The notes beneath the pieces were generated by a model that did not search any database, was not told where the DNA came from, and saw only the letters and a program-made list of their open reading frames with translations. A DNA stretch of 63,958 nucleotides, the filler included, from Circinaria calcarea (lineage: Eukaryota), in assembly GCA_051942165.1 (NCBI GenBank). It is 4 parts of 4 records of this genome, joined end to end, with 100 filler letters (N's around TTAATTAATTAA, not from the genome) between each part and the next. Parts side by side here need not be neighbours in the genome. Positions count along the whole stretch, not along the records: positions 32,675 to 48,873 come from JAVECS010000330.1; positions 48,974 to 63,958 come from JAVECS010000394.1; 2 more parts are not named here. The stretch is one strand, 5' to 3'. A program made the translations under genes and the position numbers. Below are positions 39,101 through 51,900 of this stretch, in pieces (position 1 is the first letter of the stretch; every line of letters starts with the position of its first letter).

Positions 39101-41758
39101 GACATACTCTTCCTTCCCGGTTATGGTGACGTTGGTAGGACTGTTCACGCATCCTACGAACAATCTTTGATCCCCAGCATGTGTGGAAAAGATTTCGAGG
39201 TAAGGTTGAATGTCTTGTTCAGACAGAGCGATGCTGATCATACCTCCACGCTCCTGACTGGACAACGCAAGTTTTTCACTCAGGATGCCACGATAATAGC
39301 TGATCTTCCATGCCGATTCCTGGGAGATTCCACCAGCACAATAAGCCGCTGCGATTTCCCCCGAGGAATGTCCAATCACTGCTATAGGATATATTCCCCA
39401 GTGTTTGAGGAGATCCACAAGAGCCATTTGTAGGGCGGTGCAGAGAGACTGACTTATTGATGGTCGATTTACGTTGGACAGATGGCTATCCTCCTGAAGC
39501 TCATCTAGACTCACTTAGTGCCGTGATATTATATATCATAGAATGGTCTTACCAATTATTGATATTCTTGATCCTAGCTTTTTGAGATACTTCTCTGCGT
39601 TCTGGAGACTTCTTCTGAAAGATGAAAACGCTAGAAGCTCCCGCCCCATACCACGCCAGGCGGCCCCCTGACCAGAGAAAACGAACCCTAAGCGCGTGGT
39701 TTCAGTTGAGCGAGTAGGCTTTGAAATCCTACCTCCTAAGTTTTCCTGCAAATGACTTAAGGAATTGATAACAGCGAAAGATTTCCATGGAAAAGTGTTG
39801 CGCTTGGAAGATAGTGTGTAAGCAAGTCTATCAAGGTACGTATTCTCGTGAGAGAGGGGTATTTTCAACGTGTGTTCATGATACACATCAATGAGACGTT
39901 TCAGGCCAGCTTCGTCAGATGTAGACCAAATCAATAGTCTTGGCTGCGACCTGCCAGTAGCTTCTTCTGTTCCCTTCGTTTTGTGAGAGTCATACTCTGA
40001 GAGTGAACAAGGGTCTGACGTTCCAAGATTTAGAGATAACGTGTCTTCAGGGCACGGTGGTCTTTGAACGGTACAATGCCTGCCGTTGAGTTTGCGAAGC
40101 TTGAGATAATGATAGGCGTCATCCAGAACGGCGTGAGCATTAGATCCACCGTAACCAAAGGAGTTCACGGATGCTCGCCGAAGGCCGTCGATAGGCCAAG
40201 CTGTTCTCTCAACAGGGAACTTGCCAGCTTCTCAGTAAATGAATCAAAAAGGATTCATGTTGCAGCCAACAACGTACCTTGATATTCCATGCGTCTACGG
40301 GGATCTTCGGGTTAGGCCTCTCAAACCATATATTTGGTGGAATAACCCCTTTTTCTAGAACAAGTATAGCCTTGAGAAGACCAGCAATCCCACTGGTCCC
40401 TTCAAGATGTCCGATATTTGATTTGACAGCCCCAATATATAGCGGATCATCTAAAGATCTTTCACGTGTGAACACGGCACTGATGGCGCCCGCCTCGCAA
40501 GGGTCTCCCAGACTTGTTCCCGTACCATGTGCCTCAAAAAATCTTGTCGTCTTCAAATCTAAGCCGCCTGCAACGTATGTTTCTCGAATTAGATTCTCCT
40601 GTGCAGTCTGACTGGGCTGAGTGAGTCCAGCCGTCCTACCATCTTGATTAACACCCGTGGCACGAATAACGGCTCGAATAGTATCGCCATCTTTTAATGC
40701 ATCGGAAAGTAGTTTGATGATTACTACCCCAAAGCCCTCCCCACGGGCGTATCCATTGGCACGATGATCAAAGCTATAGCAACGACTGTCCGGAGACAGA
40801 AAGTTGAGGTTAGTCAGGGGAGTCATGGTATCGGGATTGAAAAACAGATTGCAACCTCCAACGATTCCCTGAGAAATATTTAGTCTCCAATACATGCAAC
40901 AGCTGCCTGATGGTAGCTTTTCAATAACTAACCATCTTACATCCACCATGTCGTAAACTTTCACATCCGAGATGCAACGCATTGAGACTGCTTGAACAAC
41001 CTGTGTCTACGACAAGGCTAGGCCCAACCAGATTGTAAAACCAGCTAAGCCTGTTGGCCAGTAAAGCAGTCCCTGAACCAGTTACTTGATGCTGTGCTTG
41101 CAGTTCTGGATCCCTCAGAGACAGTAGTTCATAATCGTGCGTAAAACATCCTATGTGAACCGAGGTGTTTGAACCACTCGTCTCCTGTGTAAGTATACCG
41201 GCTAAATAGAGGAGAAGATGTAGATTAGTTAAGCTGATAACAGTAAGTCAAGGACAATAAAAAGCATACCACTCTCAAAAGCCCTATACGTCGTCTCCAG
41301 AAGTATACGTTGCTGCGGATCCATACTAAGTGCTTCTGCCGGGGTAACGGAAAAGAAGGGAGCATCAAAGGCAGCAAGATCGCCCTTGATGAAGTGGCCT
41401 CCCCTGAAATTTATCTACAAACGGCGATTAGTCTAGTATTCATGGTTTCATTGTCGCAATCCAGACACGGTCTACTCACAGAGCTAACCCTACTTGGGTC
41501 CGAATGATAAAAGGCATCCAGGTTGAAACGGTCTTTGGGGATTTCGGTCATGGCAGACCTTCCCTCACATAGCATCTGCCAGAACGCTTCTGGAGAAGTC
41601 GCATCCTGAGGAAATCTTATCGAAAAGCCAACAACAGCCACTGCTTCCTGCTTATCTTGCTGGAGGTATAGGTTTTCTTGGCTGGTCCAGTCTTTACTTG
41701 GCTCCTTGATATTGTTCTTTCCGATGCCATTCAAGCAAGCAGCCTGATGGTCATGCAT
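33186..41758 (-). CDS. Highly reducing iterative type I PKS (KS-AT-DH-cMT-ER-KR-ACP), complete, ~12 introns
   Basis: KS DTGCSS/HGTGT/NIGHLEG; AT GHSSG and VAYHS; DH DHKV..YP and HPTALD; c[11 protein letters not shown] and [26 protein letters not shown] and GQANY; ACP GIDSL; no release domain. Confidence 0.96.
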
Positions 41759-43183
41759 GATCGATGCTTTCCAGATAGGTATACAGCGTTTAGTATAATC
41801 CACTGAGCTCTGAGCCCAAAAAAAACCAAGATTTATATCAAGAACCAAGTACGTACTACTGTAAAGTTCTGGGTCCTTAGTCAAGAAAAGTCCGAAAGAG
41901 ACAGCTTGTCCACAAAAAGCAAGGTGGTACGTTGTACCCACCCCCGGGTAGCTCAAACTCGGAAAAGTAACTCGGGGGACTAGTATTTCTATAGTGATGG
42001 TGTCCGCAGGACGCTCCTCTTACAGCTCGTTCTCCTCTTGTGCTCGAGCCCGTCATGGTTGATTGGACGGATCTTTGCCATATTCTCGTTTTGATGTAGT
42101 CGTCCTATGTTCCTAGTAAGTATAGATGTGGCAGTAATGCTCACTTATTGGGCCGTCTCAAGCAAAGAGACTGCAGCATCGAGGCTCAGCCATCTTGAAA
42201 CCCGTCACGAACGTAATCTAGCAGGCATAAACGGCTGCCAAACATGAAGTTCTGTCATTTCTTCGTACAGAATCTTCCCTTTGCCTAAGGCTGATGAACC
42301 GCTTCCAGGCCAAGCTGGTGTGACGCAGAAATGTCACCGCCAATCCCAGCACCATGATGGCGTAAGATATGCAGCTCACGCAGCAGCAGAGGGGATGGGA
42401 TTTCAAGATACTTGCGAGTCAAGTTTAATTGGTTCCAGAAGCAGAACGGGGCGTAAAGGTTCGTGTGTATCGCATCGCCAGGCCGCCCTCTCTAACGTAG
42501 ATTGGGGACTGATGTAGGCTCTGCCGCAGAGCGACAGAACTAGAATCCGACTTGCGCTGTCCAGGCATCTGCGATTGTATAATATGCAACATTAGGGGGC
42601 CTTATCAAGCTGCCCAATTATGTAGAACCTGACCAATTAATAAAAGTCGGAATGAGCATACCCTACCCTGCCCCAAGGATCCCCTGTATTCTACCCGGGC
42701 TTGGAAATACCCTCGGCCTAGGGAGCGGGGCCACCCGTTTATGGTAAACGTTCTCCGAATACCACCATCTCGCATTCCTGCAGGTTGCAGGTCGTGGTCC
42801 TGCAGAATATCTATCTTCATCCAATCACACCCTTCCACTCCCAAATCTGGGGCTCGCTATCTAACGCCACATTGTTCGTCAGTCCACTCTTCTATGTATC
42901 ACTTCCGTTTCTATGCCGCTTTGTGTGTCAGCGTGCATACTATTCGTTGGTCATGGTAACGACTATCATCTGAGCCGCCCCCCAGTTAGCGCGACCAGCT
43001 TGTGAAAACGACTTCAGGAGAGCACAAATATGCATGCAAGAGCTAGGGCCATTGGCAATATGCAGTGCATCGGGGCTCCAACGTGTGGGATGCGAAGCTC
43101 GTTTTCTTCTGTGTCAAGTTTACTTTCGAGTCGTAAACTTGACTCTCTTTGTATAGTGATCCGGCCTTCCTGTATATTCTACA

Positions 43184-44478
43184 ATGGGAAGTCTACGTCC
43201 AGAGGCTCGGCAGCTTCTTGGGGTTGTCATAGCCTTCGTTATTATTGATAGCGCTGCTGTGATCTCGCGCATACTGGCCAAAAGGAAAATCCGAGCCTTT
43301 TTGGCATTTGACGACTGGTGGATCATGGCAGCTCTGGTCTTTTTCTACGTGAATGCCGCAATGAATTTTTGGGGTGGGTTTCTCATACTCACTCAGGCAT
43401 ACTCCAGCTAATCCCTTGCGTGTAGCTATATTTGGGAGTGGTGGTACTCTCGTCGAGACTGAGATGACCCTTCCTGGGCTTAGAACATTTCTTCAGGTTT
43501 GTCCCCGGGTCCGTAATGGTAACTGGGTTGCCCGACCGACTGAATACGGTGTCTAGAGTCTGTATATCTCTGAAATCTTCTTCACCTGCACGATAACAGC
43601 TGCCAAGCTCTCAATACTCTGCTTCTATCGCCGCATTTTCACCAGCCGCAGCTTTCGAATCAGAAGCATGTTCATCGACGCCTTGTGTGGGATCTGGTTC
43701 GTTGTCTGTGTCTTCATACTCATCTTTCAATGTCATCCCGTTGCGGCGGCATGGACGGTAGCACTAGCTCCTACCGCTACTTGTATAGCTTTTGGAGCTT
43801 TTGTTTTCGCCTCAGAGCTCGTGAATGTCATGATTGACATTGCCATCCTCTGCCTCCCTATCCACCAGATCCGGAAACTACATATGCCACGCCGCCGGAA
43901 AATTTCTTTAGGCTTGATCTTTCTTCTTGGAGCTTTGTGAGTTGTTTATCTAAAATCTGAGTAAATCCAAACGCAATATCTTCTAATTTAAGCAACAGTG
44001 TCTGCATCGTTGGTATCCTTCGCATGGCAATACTCTACCGTCCAACGGCGGACCAGAGAGGTTTGTACTCATCTATCACTAAACTTGCTTTATACATCTG
44101 ATCTTGAAAACAGTGGCCAATTTAGCAGCAACGGTACTTTCGACGATTGAGATAGGGATGGCAGTGGTCTGCGCTTGTCTTCCAACCTATCGACCCCTTC
44201 TACCTAAAGTACACGACTCATTCCTTCTCAATACGCTGTCTTGGTTTAAATCACTTCGTAGCAGTGTGCACAGAAGGCCCGGTTCGAAATTAGGGGGTGA
44301 ATCCGAGAATAACTACGCCGTTGAAGCATCTCGATACAACCAACTCCATGACGGCAACCTAGACGGGGTTCATCTCACGGAGGCGGTAGGGGGTACTAAG
44401 GCGGGAGATCAGTTTGCTGTGGGAGCTGGATACCCTTTGAACGCAATCTCCGTAAAAAACACAGTAGATGTTGTTTGA
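43184..44478 (+). CDS. PTH11-like (rhodopsin-domain/SAT4 family) membrane protein
   Basis: DDWWIMAAL, AKLSILCFYRRIF, FQCHPVAAAW, DIAILCLPI and IEIGMAVVCACLP over about five exons. Confidence 0.9.
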
Positions 44479-45194
44479 TTAGCCCTTCAACCTGCTTCCA
44501 GAACTCGTCTCGACCTGTGAGCATGCTAGGAAGTAGTAGGGTGCATGGTTTATGCTATGCATGTGCAGTGAATCGTTTCACCGGCTATGCATGACGCAGG
44601 GCTCCGTAAGACTGCGTCAGCTTTGATTGTTGATCCCCGAGTCAGGAAAGCCCCTAACTGACCACACTACTTTTGTTGTTATGCTGCATGTCGCATTGAT
44701 TTGTGGCACAATTTCAGATGCGTGGGGTGAGGCAAAGTACGACGAGCAGAGTCGATGTTACATCGCTCGGCCCGCTCATGCATCTGGATTTCCCGAGTAC
44801 ATCTAGGTAGGTGCTGTTCAATCGAGGTTTCGACGTGGGAAGAAGGGGAGCGGTGGTAAGAGATCTACAGCTTTCTTGCTACGCCATTTAGGTAGATGAG
44901 GGATGGGTGATTTTGTGTTCCAGCCCCACCCTCCGGATGTTGATTACTGCTATGAATTTCAAGTCTGACATTCCCTGTATCTTTGATGGTGTGATGAGCA
45001 AGATAGACACGGGAACTGTGATAGGGATACATTGCAGGCAGCGGAGTCTCGGTACCCAAGCTTGTACTGGCTGGACACTAGAAAGACCCAGACTTAGGGT
45101 TTCGGCTTTTTGGGTCTGAAGACAGTCGACAGGCATCCTGCTCACTGAGAGTTGAAACTCTGTATGTGTTACTATCCAAAATAAATTTTGGAAG

Positions 45195-46395
45195 ATGGCC
45201 GTAGGGGAGTTCCCTCTTAGAGACAAGATTGTCGTGGTCACCGGTGGTGGTTCAGGTACAAGAGACCCCGTCAAGACTATTCTTAACTAATGCTACACCA
45301 GGAATCTCTCTAGCGTTCGCCCAACTAGCAGCAGCTCGAAACAATCAAGTCATCATTGCCGACCTCCGCCTTACCGACGAGGCTGAAGGATTTCTCAGAA
45401 CAGCTTGCAAGACATCTGAAAGGGTCATCTTTACCAGATGCGATGTTACCGTCTGGGCAGACCTTCAAAACCTCATCTCCGTATCTGAGAACGAGTTTGG
45501 TGACGTTCCGGACGTTTACATTGCCGGTGCTGGGATTTTCGAACGAGTAGACCTTCTGTTTATACACTACACTAAGGTACGGAGATGCTGAAGCTTGGAC
45601 ACAGACAGATACTTCCTACTGGTTTGATACCGAATCCGAACGCTATGCGTGCATAGATATCAATGCCTCTCATCCCATCAAACTCACTCGCATCGCTACA
45701 CGTGCTCTTCTCAACAAAAACAAACACGGTGTCGTTCTGATAATCTCCTCGTCTGCCGGTCTTTATCCGGTGTATCCCACCCCCCTTTATAATGCTTCAA
45801 AGCATGCGGTCGTTGGTTTCGTGAAGAGTATGAAGCCTGCAGACGACGAAGAGGACATCAAGATTGTGTGTATCTGCCCTGCGTAAGTCAATTACCCTTG
45901 TCGTATGCATTCACTTTTCTGTTCTTCACTTACAGAGGGCTTGATATCGTTCTTTCGTCAATCAAGATGCGAATCTACAACCCCTTCAATTAACTATCAG
46001 CATGTATCTTTGTCTATAGCTCTTAGAGTCCTTGGATGACCTGCAGTTTCCTCGAAGCCCTTCTCCTCTTTCGTATTACCCGTTCTACATCGTCTCGCAC
46101 CAGTACCTATTAACCTTTACTCCCTTTCAGCTACACTGCCACCCCTCTCTGGACCCCCGACCTAAAAGAGCAGTGGCCCGTCCCCGATGCCCTCGCCCTT
46201 ACCGCTCACTCCGTCGCCGAAGCAATGATGAGCCTGGTCCAAGAAAGCAAATACCCCGGAGGCACCATCATGAGCATGTCCGGCTACGACGGAATCAAGG
46301 TGGTCGAGTTTGAAGATTACTGGAAGCTTTTCGCGCCGCTCATCGACAGCAGCTGCACTTCTCTCCGGAAGATATTAGGGGATGAGAGGGGTTAG
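45195..46395 (+). CDS. Short-chain dehydrogenase/reductase (15-PGDH-like)
   Basis: VVTGGGSGI, CDVTVW, AGAGIFE, YNASK, ICP; three introns including 45883-46130; stop at 46393-46395. Confidence 0.9.
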
Positions 46396-47971
46396 GGTAT
46401 GGAGGCAGAGAAGCAGTAAAGGGTTAGAGGGAGAAGGATGGCGTTGCCGAAGGGTTACCTGTGGCAGGTGGTATGTCATGCCTTGAGGATACGTTGCTTC
46501 TGTAGCAAGGAACCTTCCCTGCTCTATGTTTTAAGCCTTACTCTGTCTACATGATTATCTCATAAGGGCTTTAGGGCAATCACAAGAAGCTATTCGGCAA
46601 TTTCAAACTCTAGAATGCACTCCCGAACCATTCATGAATCACTGCCATGTAACCCGACCTACCTTCTCATCCTCTAACATCATCGTGAAACTGCCTAATC
46701 ACCCATCCTGGGCCACCCCTAGAACGAAATTCCGTTTGTAAAAAAGGGGGCCTTACACCCTCTCCTCTTCATAAGCCAACGTGGAAAAGCGCACATAGCA
46801 TCCCTCCGTAGAATGGCCGTTCAGGTATCCCCTAAGCCTTTATAGCGTTTCCTACAGGGACCATGCCTCCTACGTGTCTCATATCCACAAGATCCCTTTA
46901 CACGATACTTACCATCATCCCGGTCTCCAGAACAGGGGAGGGCTGGAGATTGCTGTGTGGGAAAGGGGGGTATGCGAAAATATCAAGGTTTTCTTGGTGT
47001 TTGTGGGCGCTTTATGTGCGGGTTTTTGGGGCCCGTTGTAAAACAGTATTGCCGGGAGGAGTGGGGGATACAGTTCTGGTGATACAATTTATCGAATCAT
47101 ACGTCTTGGAGATAGACGTCTTTCGAGTTTTGGCATGATCTGAGTAGGAGGTGAGTTGCAAAGGTAGAAAGAAGGCTTGTATCAGTGGTGGCTTTCCTCT
47201 TTCAACATGATGAGCTTTGTTATGAAAAGGGTAGCCTGGTTTGATCCGCGGAGGGAAAGGAGGGTAGTGGGTTCGGTAATAAAAAGGCTCGGGCCTTCAA
47301 GATAGGATCCTGTTGTGGGATACAGAGTTATACTCGGGGAAGGATAGGGCTTGGAGATGGGAGAGGGGGGATGGTGGTTGGTGAATGGTAAAGAGCAAAA
47401 ACGGTCAAACTCTCAAGTATATATCAAGGAGCGGGACATAGTAACTTAGTATATAAGTACTCGAAAGGAGATAGATTAGGATAAAGCACATCCTCGCGTA
47501 ATTCTGGAAGAGTACACAGTGAATTCTAAATGGGTTGCAGAGGCCTCCGGAAGCAAAAACAAATACAAAAGTTGTAAGGAGAGGGCGGAGAGACTAACTC
47601 CCGCAGAGAGTTCACGATTGGAGAAGCGAGTTATCTGGGGTACCTGACTGTAAATTAAATTTTCATGTTCTATATACTACCAAATCTGCAAATACCAATA
47701 ATTTAAAAAATCCCTATACCACGCCAGCGTGAATCCATGCCCTGAAACGAGGAACGAAATTGAAGGGTTATAAATCTGAGCACGACCTGGTCTGATCTGA
47801 GTAAAATTCTACCGGAATCTCAGCAGAACATTTAAAATAACCGTAAAAAATTTAATTTTTTTACGCTTTTTGGCCTAGCTTTTTTGCCTCTTTGGGCCTT
47901 AGCTCTTATCTTTTTAAAAAGGTCGTAAAATACTCGATTATACACTCTCCGCACATATATTCAGAACTTAT

Positions 47972-48277
47972 ATGCAGCGTGCTATATGCTATGCTATATG
48001 CTCTTTTCATGTTATGCTGCATGCTGTTTCCATGCTATGCGCTATGCTACGCTGCGTGCTTTCGCTATGTTATGCTGCATGCTCTTTCCATGCTATACTA
48101 TCTGCTCTTTCTATGCTATGCTGCGTGCTTTCGCTATGCTATGCTGCTTGCTTTCGCTATTATATGCCGCGTGTTTTCGCTATGCTATACTCCATGCTAT
48201 GCTGCATGCTCTTTCCGTGCTATACTATATGATCTTTCCATGCTATGCTCCATGCTATGCTCCATGTTATGCTCTAT
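47972..48277. repeat. Degenerate (ATGCT)n minisatellite with recurring longer blocks
   Basis: Many ATGCT units; blocks TATGCTGCATGCTCTTTCC and GCTGCGTGCTTTCGCTATG recur. Confidence 0.88.
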
Positions 48278-48353
48278 TGTAATGGCGCCACCAGCCATGA
48301 CCAGTACTACGCGTACCAAGGGTATTCAGGAGGATGATCCGAGTGATCCCTTG

Positions 48354-48653
48354 TGTAACGTATGGGATCAGTGGGATCACTGGTGATCCAAGTGATCCGG
48401 TTGATCTGGTCAGGGAGCAGCGGGATCATAGGGATCACTGCTGTGACCCCTGTCGAGGAAAGAGTATATAAACACAATCCTTTCCGTAGTATTTGACCTG
48501 TGTGGTCAAGACCTTATAAGTATAGCAATATACTTCTATTGTCATTATTTACTTGCCAAGTGATTGGTATAGAACCCGTGCGCATATTACAGAGCCCCTG
48601 CCTTATACCAGTGACTAGCATTGCTTTTGCCTAAGAAGCTTAAGGACGTAACA
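48354..48653. mobile_element. Putative ~300-bp LTR
   Basis: TGTAACGT...ACGTAACA ends (7/8 inverted match), internal TGATCC/GGATCA repeats, TATATAAA at 48465; no matching TSD. Confidence 0.45.
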
Positions 48654-48677
48654 GCGAGGCGCAGGCCGAACTTCGCG

Positions 48678-48850
48678 ATTAATTTAAAAAAAAAAATAAT
48701 AATTTAAATATTACTCGATTAATTATAAATAAAATTATTTAATTAATAGAATAATAATATAAAAAATTATTTTAAAAAAAATATTTAAAAAAAATCGAAA
48801 AAGAAATTAAAAAATTAAAAAAAAAAAAAATCGATATATAAATTAAATAC
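48678..48850. repeat. Extremely AT-rich tract at contig end
   Basis: Almost entirely A/T; either a RIP-degraded repeat or poor terminal consensus. Confidence 0.6.
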
Positions 48851-48873
48851 CGTGATACCGACCGGCGTTATAT

Positions 48874-48973
48874 NNNNNNNNNNNNNNNNNNNNNNNNNNN
48901 NNNNNNNNNNNNNNNNNTTAATTAATTAANNNNNNNNNNNNNNNNNNNNNNNNNNNNNNNNNNNNNNNNNNNN
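48874..48973. other. Artificial contig linker
   Basis: N44-TTAATTAATTAA-N44. Confidence 0.97.
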
Positions 48974-51900
48974 GATCAATCACAATCTTTCGGCGATCTT
49001 GTAACTGTCGGATGTATCAACAGTCCACGTAATATCACGCTTTCCGGATGCGAAAAGCGAATCGACGCTATCCAGATGGCCCTCCAAAAGAGTGGCATTT
49101 TCGCTCGAAAGCTAAACGTGGACATAGCCTATCACACGCCGTATATGAACAGCGTCGCGTCCGTTTACCGTATGCTAGTCCAAAACATCCAGCGAGGAGA
49201 ACCTTTACCGGGTAATCCATCAATGTTTTCCTCTGTTACTGGCGAGAAGATCTCGCTTGACGAACTAAGTCATAGTGACTATTGGGTTAGCAATCTGGTT
49301 TCCCCTGTGAAGTTTTCGCAGGCTGTTAGTTCTTCATTTTCACGAGTATCAGCCAAGATAGGAGAAGTAAGACTTGATCATACTGACAGGATTCCCATTG
49401 ATTACCTGCTTGAGATAGGGCCTCACGCCGCCTTGCAAGGTCCTCTGAGGGAGATTCTTCACGCTCATGGCGTAGGGAACTCTATTGACTACAGCTCGGT
49501 TCTTATCCGAGGTAAATCTGCTTCTAATACCGCCCTGGAAGTCGCTGGCCGACTTTACTGCAAAGGGTTTCCGGTCAGTTTGGCAGCAATCAATAGATCT
49601 ACGGCTTCTTCATACGAACCCAGCATGTTAACAGACTTGCCAGCGTATCCATTCAACCATACTAAAAAGTACTGGCTGGAGAGTCGACTTAGCAAGAACT
49701 TTAGATTTCGCAAATTTCCTCGTCATGAGCTTCTAGGAACGCCGGTATCTGATTGGAACCCTCTTGAGGCGAGATGGCGAAACATCATTCGGCTTTCGGA
49801 GAAACCATGGATCAAAGACCATAAGGTAAGCTGCCTTTTCATGTCCCCCCGTTGTCAATGTCTGGCCTGATTAACATCTCGTCTCGCATCACCTTTCTAC
49901 ACGTATCTGTACTAGCCTAGAAATGAGCTAATGATAACCCAGGTCAATGGGACCGAGGCATATCCCGCAGCTGGACTGCTTGTCATGGCGATTGAGGCAG
50001 CGCGTCAACTTGCTGATGTTACCAAGAAGCCAGTTGGGTATCGCCTTAGAGACGTGGCTATAAAGAAAGCGTTGATTGTGTCTTCAGCAAACGGCGTCGA
50101 AACACAAGTCTACCTCCGACCCTCCAAAGACGCGAATCGGAACTTTCTGCACTGGAGTGATTTCCGTGTCTATGTATTAGAAAGCGACGAATGGGCAGAA
50201 GTTTGTTGCGGGGGCATCGCTATTGAATACGAAGGGGACTCAAGCGATCGAAAAGAGATGATAGAAGCAAGATTCCAGCATGGTCGAGACTATGGTACTG
50301 GCAGCGAGCGTTGCAAATGCTCAGTAAGCAACAAGGACATATATGAGCATTTCGAGAAGCTCGGTCTGTCCTACGGCCCTACATTCCAATCATTGAGAGA
50401 AGTTCGCTACAGTCATAGTGGTGAAGCAACAGCGCTCGTGAATCTACGGGATTGGGAAACCCATATCCCGGAAAGTCACCAGCCCCGTCAGACCTTTGTA
50501 ATACACCCGGCTGCTCTCGATGCTATCCTTCAAAGTGGGTTTCCAGCCCTGACGAAAGGAGGGACACAATCGTTCCCGACGCTGGTCCCTACAAAATTTC
50601 GCAGTCTTTGGATTTCTGCGAATATTAGCGATCCTGAAAATGACATTAAGATCTATACAAAAGCTCGCTTTGTGGGATACCGGAACGCCGACTCTGAGAT
50701 ACTTGCATTGACTGCTAAAGAAGGCAACCCATTTCTTATAGGGGGTTTTGAAATGACCTTTGTTACTGGGCAGGACAGGCCATCCGGTAATAAATTTGGA
50801 TCGAATCGGCTTTGCTACTACTTGGACTGGAAGCCGGATCTCGAACTTCTCGACAATCAACAAATTGCCTCCTATTGCTCTAGCGCGGTGGAGGCAGAAT
50901 TTACCGAATTATCCATGAAACAAGAAGAAGAAAAAATGCTTGCTTGTTATTTGACATTCTCCCGGGTATTGGACCGTTTGCCGAGGGAAGATGATCTTAA
51001 CAATAAGCCTCATCTCAGGAAATATGTGGATTGGATGGAATACCAAGTCAACTATAATAGCTCTAAAGATCTCTCTATCCCCCAGTCGGAATGGGAGGGT
51101 ATTGCGAAAGACGATATTGCCCTAGAACAACTTCTTTCAAGAGTAGCAAATATTGACGCTGAAGGCAGGGTGATTTCAACCGTTGCTCAAAACCTCATAG
51201 AAGTATTAAGTGGTGAGGTGGACGGTCTCGGACTACTTTTCAGTGACAGTTCACTCATGGAGCAGTACTATCAGTACGCCCATAACAACACCTCCGCCTT
51301 CTCGAAGCTCGAGCGATACATCGATGCACTCGCCCATAAGAACTCGGCAATAAACGTGCTGGAAATAGGTGCAGGAACTGGAGGCGCGACGAAGCGCATG
51401 CTAGGAACTTTGATGCACCAAAGCATTAATGGAGGCGGAGATCCGCGGTTTACCAAGTATGTCTATACTGATATATCCCCGAGCTTCTTTGAGGAGGCAA
51501 GGGAGAAGTTCAAGGGTGCTGGAGAAAGAATGACATTCGCTACGTTGAACATTGAGCATGATCCATTGGGGCAGGGATTTCAAGCAGGGGAATACGATCT
51601 GGTCGTTGCATCTCATGTGAGTAGTCACCATTGTTAGGGTAGTTTAATCTCACACTTCCACTTTAGGTTCTACATGCCACCGAAAACCTCGAGCAAACCT
51701 TACGCAATACACGAAGGTTGCTGAAACCGTAAGTGGGACAGGCCCTGTATGTAATGGATAACTCGGTTTGACTTATAGAATAGGGGGGGTAAGTTGTTGA
51801 TATATGAAACTGTCACTCCAGATGCTATACTACCTAGTTATATTTTTGGTTTACTACCAGGATGGTGGCTCAGTAAGTTTTCTAAGTTATCACGCTGGTA

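Noticed and set aside
45883..46130. Intron-encoded snoRNA in the long SDR intron
   Set aside because: No convincing C/D or H/ACA boxes.
47892..48386. Cys/Met/Tyr-rich ORFs
   Set aside because: Open in three overlapping frames because the ATGCT repeat has few stops.
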